From: Candidatus Omnitrophota bacterium
GTDB lineage: Bacteria > Omnitrophota > Gorgyraeia > Gygaellales > JAQTUX01
DNA length: 64,000 bases
Reading direction: 5' to 3'
Assembly (NCBI GenBank): GCA_028707125.1
Contig: JAQTUX010000001.1
Span: 822,528-886,527 of the forward strand
Shown: one piece after another, positions 52,728 through 59,034 of the stretch
How the letters are laid out: each line of letters starts with the position of its first letter
Numbering within the stretch: the first letter of the stretch is position 1
Notes under the pieces: model-generated
The model's input: the letters and a program-made list of their open reading frames with translations, nothing else
Told to the model about the DNA's origin: nothing
The model's database searches: none
Position numbers and translations under genes: made by a program

Positions 52728-52806
52728 GGTTTTTGCGGAAATTACCCCCCTCTACTATATATGACGCAAAAATCAGCGTTTTACTTGCAAGAAAGTTTAA
52801 ATATTC

Positions 52807-53042
52807 TATGAACCCGCTGGCTTCCTCGCTCATATCGGTTTTGCCCCGAATGGTATTCAAAGAGGGCCGGCAAAGGTCTCTCGCAGCTCGGTGCTTGCGG
52901 AACTCGCCCTTTTTGCTCCAGCAAAAAGGGCTCAGACAGTCCTCGCACTTTGGGCCTTATAGGCCACAAAGTTCCCTCGCTGCTCGAGCTGCTTTGCCTA
53001 AAACCTCAAATTCGCTCGTAAGCCAGCGGGTTCATTTACGAG
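52807..53042. repeat. MITE-like element with ~24-bp terminal inverted repeats (ATGAACCCGCTGGCTTcCtCGCTC) and internal 11-bp perfect hairpin
   Basis: TIRs read directly at ~52808-52833 and ~53016-53040; internal GCCCTTTTTGC-TCCA-GCAAAAAGGGC. Confidence 0.45.
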
Positions 53043-53177
53043 ATGCTCGCTCGTAGGAATATCAAAAATAACTAAGCAATCAGAACTTATTACGGTATAA
53101 TAGATAGCAGCAAGGAGAACCGTCCCCGATCCAATATTTATATTACAAGAAAGCATAATGTCGACTAATTATTTTCT

Positions 53178-53205
53178 TGACATATAATATTAAATGTGTT
53201 AATCT
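53178..53205 (+). promoter_or_regulatory. Sigma70-like promoter of island operon (TTGACA-16-TAATCT) with AAAGGAGG RBS downstream
   Basis: Read directly in AT-rich spacer upstream of 53232. Confidence 0.45.
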
Positions 53206-53231
53206 GTTAACATCTATGAAAGGAGGCAAGC

Positions 53232-53432
53232 ATGCAAAAACAAAAAAATGACACTGAAAGAGATATGGTAAAACATCTGAAGAAATTAGTTATGCTTAGC
53301 GAAAATTCCTTGATTATAAGTCTATCTCAACAAGATGTCCCTCATCAGACGATACGAAAAGTTGCCGGAGTTGATATGTCTCGTGTCACCTCGTTGCTTC
53401 GCGGGGTAAAGTCTGCAAAAAAGACTGATTAG
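53232..53432 (+). CDS. Small putative HTH protein, paralog 1 of 4 (66 aa)
   Basis: Hydrophobic helix then helix-turn-helix-like HQTIRKVAGVDMSRVTSLLRG; aligns with the other three small ORFs. Confidence 0.5.
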   Translation: MQKQKNDTERDMVKHLKKLVMLSENSLIISLSQQDVPHQTIRKVAGVDMSRVTSLLRGVKSAKKTD

Positions 53433-53448
53433 CGAAAGGAGTACTACT

Positions 53449-53613
53449 ATGCAAAACACTGACAAAATCATTGAGGAATTAGTGGCTATAAAGAAGCTGC
53501 TTATGCTTCAATTAATGCGCGATGACGTGGACGCCTCCGTAATTGGGAAGGTACTAGAACTAACCCCTACGCGAATACGACAAATAATACCAGTAAAAGA
53601 CGTACGCAAATAA
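53449..53613 (+). CDS. Small putative HTH protein, paralog 2 of 4 (54 aa; below ORF-track cutoff)
   Basis: MQNTDKIIEELVAIKKLLMLQLMRDDVDASVIGKVLELTPTRIRQIIPVKDVRK; AGGAG RBS 8 nt upstream; same architecture as neighbours. Confidence 0.5.
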   Translation: MQNTDKIIEELVAIKKLLMLQLMRDDVDASVIGKVLELTPTRIRQIIPVKDVRK

Positions 53614-53628
53614 TAAGGAGCCTTCATA

Positions 53629-53856
53629 ATGAAACGAACTAGGAAAATTGGCGCAGAAGACGAAGTTTCAGTAAAATTGGGCATCTTAATCCGGTTGTTT
53701 ATTGAATTTCTGATAACATCGGAAAATAAGAACTTTAATACTGGCAACGTTGCAAGAATCTTAAAATCACTCGATATTACACCAACCGAAATTGCAAGAA
53801 TGTTAGGTAAGAAATCTGTAACTGATGTTGCACCATTTCTTTATCGTAAGAAGTAA
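53629..53856 (+). CDS. Small putative HTH protein, paralog 3 of 4 (75 aa)
   Basis: LGILIRLFIEFLI helix then NVARILKSLDITPTEIARMLG HTH-like segment. Confidence 0.5.
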   Translation: MKRTRKIGAEDEVSVKLGILIRLFIEFLITSENKNFNTGNVARILKSLDITPTEIARMLGKKSVTDVAPFLYRKK

Positions 53857-53869
53857 GGGGTAGATACCA

Positions 53870-54769
53870 ATGTCTACTTATATTCAGCAAGTAACAGACG
53901 TTAGATCAAATTCAAGTGACCAAATACACTTCGCAGCAAAATTGATTAGGCGTTCCAGACAAAAAAAGGCCGTGTTTAAGGCAATCTACCGTGGTAAAAA
54001 ACAGATTAAATCCATTTCTGAAATAGAGAAAGTCACCGATTTAAATAATATCCAAATATTAAAAGCTGGTGGGACCTTAGCTGGGAATGGTATTGTCAAA
54101 AAAGTAAAAAAGGGATACCAAAAAGATACATTTTATGCACAACATTATCGCAAAATATTGTCTCTCGCCTCAAATAGTAAAAAGTTGAAACAATTCCCAA
54201 CAAAAACACAACCCTATCTCAATTCTAATATAGGCACAACTAGTAGAATATCGCTTAAAAAACCTGCGCAAAAAGTAAGATTTATTACAATTGATGATAT
54301 CTATTCATTTAGAAAAATTAAAGATAATAAATCAAAAAATAATATAGATGGAACATTTCTTTCCAAACTTCCTGAGAATGAAATCAAAAGTGGAATCGCA
54401 AAGATCATTAGGGAAAGCGGAATATTTAAAGACTGGGCAGGAGAAAAAAATGATCTATTTACAACAAAAGTAAGCATTGGATCAAAAAGGGTGGCTGCTG
54501 TTTTTGCGTTTAAAGGAAAAGGCACAAAAGGCATTTTAACATTAGATAAAATGGGAAAAAGAGCAGACCAAATTCAGCGACTATTTGACAGCCAATCTTC
54601 TCAACTATTTATAGTGGTTTATAAAGGACAAATAGGCCAAGTTATTCTTGAGCAGATGTATGCTTACGCTATTGCGAAGGCTCTTTACGGTAAAGAGATC
54701 TATTACGGTATTATTGATGGAGATGACTTGATGCGGCTAATTTCATCTTATAAGAACTGTTTTGAATAG
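53870..54769 (+). CDS. Hypothetical K-rich 299-aa protein, no recognisable domain
   Basis: AT-rich codon usage; N-terminal possible winged-helix-like segment, low-complexity K/N/S linker, C-terminal alpha/beta region (possible nuclease-like fold, unproven). Confidence 0.5.
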   Translation: MSTYIQQVTDVRSNSSDQIHFAAKLIRRSRQKKAVFKAIYRGKKQIKSISEIEKVTDLNNIQILKAGGTLAGNGIVKKVKKGYQKDTFYAQHYRKILSLASNSKKLKQFPTKTQPYLNSNIGTTSRISLKKPAQKVRFITIDDIYSFRKIKDNKSKNNIDGTFLSKLPENEIKSGIAKIIRESGIFKDWAGEKNDLFTTKVSIGSKRVAAVFAFKGKGTKGILTLDKMGKRADQIQRLFDSQSSQLFIVVYKGQIGQVILEQMYAYAIAKALYGKEIYYGIIDGDDLMRLISSYKNCFE

Positions 54770-54780
54770 GAGGCGACATA

Positions 54781-54990
54781 ATGAAGAAAAAGCGCAGTAT
54801 AACTAAAAAAAGTCTGTCTGATTCCGATCGTTTAGATATAATCATATCTTTACTAAGTCACTTACTAACTGTTCAGTTATATAAATCAGGCGCGACAATG
54901 GATGATATATGTAGGCATTTACATATTGCAAAAACATCCGTGGTCGATATGTTAAAAGGTTTCAAGCGAAAGCTCGGTAATAATTCGTAA
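54781..54990 (+). CDS. Small putative HTH protein, paralog 4 of 4 (69 aa)
   Basis: IIISLLSHLLTVQL helix then TMDDICRHLHIAKTSVVDMLKGF. Confidence 0.5.
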   Translation: MKKKRSITKKSLSDSDRLDIIISLLSHLLTVQLYKSGATMDDICRHLHIAKTSVVDMLKGFKRKLGNNS

Positions 54991-55080
54991 ACAAGACGGT
55001 TACAATTAATCTTGGACCAATAACATAATGGGGACGGTTCTCATTAGTTTTAGTTGCTGAATCATAACAGACCTAGTAGC

Positions 55081-55180
55081 CGCTTTTCGTAATTAGCTAA
55101 TTTCCCGTAACTTACAGAACAAATATTTACCCCACACTTACGTGTGGGGAATGGCAATCCCTGATTGTCTCAGCGGGTGG
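55081..55180 (+). repeat. Repeat unit U1: CGCTTTTCGTAATTAGCTAATT head (12-bp perfect palindrome AATTAGCTAATT) + REP hairpin (55130-55149) + CTGATTGTCTCAGCGGGTG tail
   Basis: Read directly; second copy U2 ~175 bp downstream. Confidence 0.55.
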
Positions 55181-55255
55181 CTTTGGACGGGGCGCCCCGC
55201 CCCGCGCGGAGTTCTCCCGTCCGTTATGGTAATGAATTCTATGAAGAATGGCAGA

Positions 55256-55400
55256 CGCTTTTCGTAATTAGCTAATTCCCCCATAACTCTATATAAGGAT
55301 ATCACAAGATGTGATATCCTTTATTGTTTCTAATGCTATTGGAGGGTACCCCACACTTACGTGTGGGGAATGACAATTCTGCACTGATTGTCTCAGCGGG
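55256..55400 (+). repeat. Repeat unit U2: same head, extra perfect hairpin AAGGATATCAC-AAGAT-GTGATATCCTT (55295-55321), REP hairpin (55349-55368), tail merging into 230-bp repeat copy 1
   Basis: Read directly. Confidence 0.55.
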
Positions 55401-55613
55401 TGACTGCCGAGCGGGCACAGAATTTCGGGAGGGGTGACGTCGTTTTGAGGGCTCCCGCCGCGCGGACCCGCCAAGACATCTGGCGGGGAGCACGGCGGGA
55501 AACAAAACGACGGCAGGACCCCTCCCTCAGAGTTACAATCTAGATACTTCGGCGGTGATTTATTGACAAGGCCGCCTCAGTATCAACACCAGGACGCATA
55601 CGAAGGTGTTGAC
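55384..55613 (+). repeat. ~230-bp GC-rich structured direct repeat, copy 1 (upstream of MNT/HEPN pair)
   Basis: Near-identical to 56405-56634; nested inverted repeats GGGAGGGGTGACGTCGTTTTG / CAAAACGACGGCAGGACCCCTCCC and inner CCCGCCA-AGACATC-TGGCGGG. Confidence 0.7.
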
Positions 55614-55638
55614 ATTTATATAAGTTATATTGTATAAT
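55609..55638 (+). promoter_or_regulatory. Consensus sigma70-like promoter (TTGACA-18-TATAAT) for MNT/HEPN operon
   Basis: Perfect hexamers read directly at the end of repeat copy 1. Confidence 0.55.
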
Positions 55639-55679
55639 TAAGTTGCGAATACTTAGCGGGATAAAAAAATTAGGCAAAT

Positions 55680-55967
55680 ATGACGACAAAGATTAGTAGA
55701 ATAAAACAAATAATACTGCCGATCTTGCAACAATACGGCGCTAAAAAAGCAGCGCTATTTGGCTCATATGTCAGAGACCAGATGAAAAAGGATAGTGATA
55801 TTGATATATTGGTAGAAATTGAAAAGGATATCAGCCTGCTTGATTTTATAGGTCTTAAACAAGAGATTGAAGAGGCGTTAGGAAGGAAGATAGATTTGGT
55901 GGAATATGACAGCATTAAACCTCTTCTCAGAAAGCGTATTTTAAAAGAGCAAGTGGTAATTCTATGA
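55680..55967 (+). CDS. Minimal nucleotidyltransferase (MntA-like antitoxin)
   Basis: GSxxRG...DSDIDILV pol-beta NTase motif, 95 aa. Confidence 0.8.
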   Translation: MTTKISRIKQIILPILQQYGAKKAALFGSYVRDQMKKDSDIDILVEIEKDISLLDFIGLKQEIEEALGRKIDLVEYDSIKPLLRKRILKEQVVIL

Positions 55968-56308
55968 AAAGAGACGCTAGAGTATATATCGAAGATATCA
56001 TAGAGAGCATTACAAAGATAGAAGAGTATACGAAGGATCTTAAGTCCGAAGACGATTTCTATAAGGATACTCAGATTCAAGATGCTGTCTTAAGGCGGCT
56101 GGAAATCATCGGTGAGGCAGTTAAGAATATCCCCGAAGAGATCAAGAGGAAATATCCGCAGATACCATGGAAGAAGATTGCCGGCATGAGAGATATTCTT
56201 ACTCATCAATATTTTGTAGTAAACCTGAAACAAACATTTAAGGCAGTCAAAGAAGACATCCTCGATCTAAAAAAGAACATTGCGCAGATAAACAAAGAAT
56301 TGCCATAG
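55964..56308 (+). CDS. HEPN-domain toxin (DUF86/HepT-like)
   Basis: Rx4HxY motif (RDILTHQY), 114 aa, 4-nt overlap with upstream NTase gene. Confidence 0.8.
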   Translation: MKRDARVYIEDIIESITKIEEYTKDLKSEDDFYKDTQIQDAVLRRLEIIGEAVKNIPEEIKRKYPQIPWKKIAGMRDILTHQYFVVNLKQTFKAVKEDILDLKKNIAQINKELP

Positions 56309-56352
56309 TTGTTTTGAGGTCGCAAAGTGCGACCTCAAAGATTGTTTCGTTT

Positions 56353-56384
56353 ACGCCTCCAAATTAACTTGGAGGCGTTTTTAT
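56353..56384 (+). terminator. Intrinsic terminator after HEPN gene (GCCTCC-AAATTAAC-TTGGAGGC + T-run), preceded by a second hairpin at 56314-56338
   Basis: Read directly. Confidence 0.65.
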
Positions 56385-56404
56385 TGGACGCGGATGGATT
56401 GGTT

Positions 56405-56634
56405 CTGATTGTCTCAGCGGGTGACGCCGAGCGGGCACAGAATTTCGGGAGGGGTGACGTCGTTTTGAGGGCTCCCGCCGCGCGGACCCGCCAAGACATC
56501 TGGCGGGGAGCACGGCGGGAAACAAAACGACGGCAGGACCCCTCCCCTCAGAGTTACAATCTAGATACTTCGGCGGTGATTTATTGACAAGGCCGCCTCA
56601 GTATCAACACCGAGCAGCATACGAAGGTGTTGAC
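56405..56634 (+). repeat. ~230-bp GC-rich structured direct repeat, copy 2 (upstream of yggS)
   Basis: Near-identical to 55384-55613 (few substitutions/indels). Confidence 0.7.
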
Positions 56635-56664
56635 TTCCTCGATAGATTATGATAATTTAAGGCG

Positions 56665-57312
56665 ATGATTAGGGAGAATATTGCCCGCATAAGAGAGGAA
56701 ATATCGGCTGTTTGCGGGAAAATCGGCCGTGACCCTAAGGAAATCAGGATTATTGCCGTATCAAAAGGCAGGTCAATAGAGGAAATTGAGGAAGTTCTGG
56801 CCTGCGGCATCACTGATATCGGCGAAAATAAGGTCCAGGAAGCCAAGCGCAAGATTAAAGGTTTAAGCGCCAAGTTGCACATGGTTGGACACCTGCAGTC
56901 AAACAAGTCCAAGGGCGCTGTTGAGCTCTTTGATCTGATACATTCTGTGGACAGCTTTGAACTCGCTGAAGCCATTGATAAACAGGCGGCAAAACTCGGC
57001 AAAGTCCAGGATATCCTGATCGAGGTCAACACTTCCGGCGAAAAGAGCAAATTCGGCATAAGGCCGGACGACCTTATCCTGCTTATCGGCCGGATAAGAG
57101 AGCTTAAACACATTCGCGTCAAGGGGCTGATGACAATGGCGCCTGTGGCGGATAACCCCGAGGAAATAAGGCCGTATTTCAGGAAGTTAAGGGAGTTAAG
57201 AGACCGGGAACATCTGGCAGAACTATCAATGGGAATGAGCGATGACTATAAGGTCGCCATAGAAGAAGGCGCCACAATAGTGCGCCTGGGCAGGGCGATA
57301 TTTGAAAAGTAG
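56665..57312 (+). CDS. yggS: PLP homeostasis protein YggS/PROSC family
   Basis: Alanine-racemase-N-like TIM barrel with conserved Lys in IAVSKGRS...HMVGHLQSNK. Confidence 0.85.
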   Translation: MIRENIARIREEISAVCGKIGRDPKEIRIIAVSKGRSIEEIEEVLACGITDIGENKVQEAKRKIKGLSAKLHMVGHLQSNKSKGAVELFDLIHSVDSFELAEAIDKQAAKLGKVQDILIEVNTSGEKSKFGIRPDDLILLIGRIRELKHIRVKGLMTMAPVADNPEEIRPYFRKLRELRDREHLAELSMGMSDDYKVAIEEGATIVRLGRAIFEK

Positions 57313-57322
57313 CGAGTAGAGA

Positions 57323-58168
57323 GTGGCAAGTAGCGAGATGAAGAAGATCATAGGTATAATCGGTTTTGGCAATATGGGTTCGGCGATCGCCGGCAGGGCA
57401 AAGGCCGCGTATCAAGTTTGCGTATTTGATAAAGACAATGCCAAACTCAAGGGCCTGGCAGGCATAGATGCCGCGGGCAGCGTTTCCGAACTTATTAATA
57501 AGTCAGAAATAATAATACTGGCTGTAAAACCGCAGGACTTTGAGCCGCTGCTTAATGAAATTGGCAGCGGCATAAAAGATAAATTGGCGGTCTCTATCGC
57601 CGCTGGAGTTGCCACGACTTACGTTGAGAAACGCCTGCGCGGAGCGCGGGTTGCGCGGGTTATGCCGAATATGCCGGCAAAGATCGGCAAAGGCGTTTCC
57701 TGCGTTACGGCAGGCAGGTCGGCAACGCCGGATGATATCAAGGCAACAAAAGATATATTCGCTAATTTAGGGCAGGTTATGGCATTGAAGGAAGAGATGA
57801 TGGACGCGGCAACCGCGGTTTCCGGCAGCGGCCCGGGTTTTTATTTCAACGAAGTTGAAAGCCGCCCTGATGAGCATAAACAAAATTGCTATGAGTTCCA
57901 GGAGGATTTTATCTCGCGGCTGAGCAAGGCGGCTGAGGCAGCGGGTTTTGACGAAAAAGACGCCCATTTTTTAGCGCATCATACTGTCACGGGCAGTGAG
58001 TTATTGCTTAAGGCCGGCAGCCTGAATGCCGCGCAGTTGAGGGATCAAGTCGCTTCAAAGGGCGGCACTACCGAAGCAGGGTTAAAGGTTTTGCAGGCAG
58101 GAGGGGATCTGGTTGAGGCGGTTAAGGCCGCGGCAGAACGCGCGGCAGAACTTTCCAGGAAGGAGTGA
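57323..58168 (+). CDS. proC: Pyrroline-5-carboxylate reductase
   Basis: IGFGNMGSAIAGR Rossmann motif, ProC dimerisation domain. Confidence 0.85.
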   Translation: MASSEMKKIIGIIGFGNMGSAIAGRAKAAYQVCVFDKDNAKLKGLAGIDAAGSVSELINKSEIIILAVKPQDFEPLLNEIGSGIKDKLAVSIAAGVATTYVEKRLRGARVARVMPNMPAKIGKGVSCVTAGRSATPDDIKATKDIFANLGQVMALKEEMMDAATAVSGSGPGFYFNEVESRPDEHKQNCYEFQEDFISRLSKAAEAAGFDEKDAHFLAHHTVTGSELLLKAGSLNAAQLRDQVASKGGTTEAGLKVLQAGGDLVEAVKAAAERAAELSRKE

Positions 58169-59034
58169 AGGATATGGGTAAGATCGGCATTATCGGAGGA
58201 AGCGGGCTTTACAAAATAGAAGGTATTAAGAATATAAGGGAAAAAGAGGTTGATACGCCTTTCGGCGCGCCTTCAGATAATTTTATTCTGGGAGAACTTG
58301 AGGGTAAGGAAGTGGTGTTTCTGCCGCGGCACGGAGTAGGCCACAGGATCTCGCCCAGCGAGATAAATTACCGCGCGAACATATTCGCCATGAAAGTTCT
58401 GGGCGTGGACAGGATCATTTCCGTCTCCGCCTGCGGCAGCTTAAGGGAAGAGCTCAGGCCTCTGGACTTTGTGCTTCCCGGACAATTTGTGGACAGGACA
58501 AACCAGGCGCGCAAGATGACCTTTTTCAGCGGCGGCATCGTCGCCCATATATCCTTCGCGGAGCCGGTCTGCCGCAACCTGTTGGAAAGCGTTTACAAGA
58601 CGGCCAGATCAGAGGGCATATCCATACACAAGGACAAGACATATCTGAATATGGAAGGCCCGGCGTTTTCCACTATCGCGGAATCCAATCTATATAGAAG
58701 CTGGGGAATGGATATAATAGGTATGACCAATATGGCTGAGGCGCGGCTGGCAAGAGAGGCGGAGATCTGCTATGTTACGCTGGCGGCTATAACCGACTAT
58801 GACTGCTGGTATCCCGAACATGATAAGGTCACCATTGAGATGATCATCAACAATCTTAATAAGAACGTGGACAATGCCAAGAATATAATAAAGCAAGCGG
58901 TGAAGAATATGCCGCAAAGCTCCGATTGCGGCTGCGGGAGCGCGCTTCAATACGCCATTCTGACCGACAGAAAGGCCATACCGGTAAAGGTCAAAAGGCA
59001 GTTGGCCCCGATCATCGGGAAATATATCAAGTGA
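58165..59034 (+). CDS. mtnP: S-methyl-5'-thioadenosine phosphorylase (PNP/MTAP family)
   Basis: IGIIGGSGLY N-terminus and PNP-family core. Confidence 0.85.
   Translation: MKDMGKIGIIGGSGLYKIEGIKNIREKEVDTPFGAPSDNFILGELEGKEVVFLPRHGVGHRISPSEINYRANIFAMKVLGVDRIISVSACGSLREELRPLDFVLPGQFVDRTNQARKMTFFSGGIVAHISFAEPVCRNLLESVYKTARSEGISIHKDKTYLNMEGPAFSTIAESNLYRSWGMDIIGMTNMAEARLAREAEICYVTLAAITDYDCWYPEHDKVTIEMIINNLNKNVDNAKNIIKQAVKNMPQSSDCGCGSALQYAILTDRKAIPVKVKRQLAPIIGKYIK

Noticed and set aside
52484-53056. 190-aa + strand ORF
   Set aside because: Runs antisense through tnpA and across the MITE-like element; no RBS, non-protein-like S/L/P-rich composition
55384-55613. Integron attC site / gene cassette interpretation of the 230-bp repeats flanking the TA pair
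   Set aside because: No GTTRRRY core at the boundaries, repeats are direct not cassette-specific, and no intI-type integrase nearby (the only tyrosine recombinase is a housekeeping XerC/D 25 kb away)
56327-56587. 86-aa ORF and the minus-strand ORFs 55289-55505
   Set aside because: Lie wholly within the GC-rich structured 230-bp repeats and tandem units; Arg/Pro-rich translations typical of spurious frames in GC-rich hairpins
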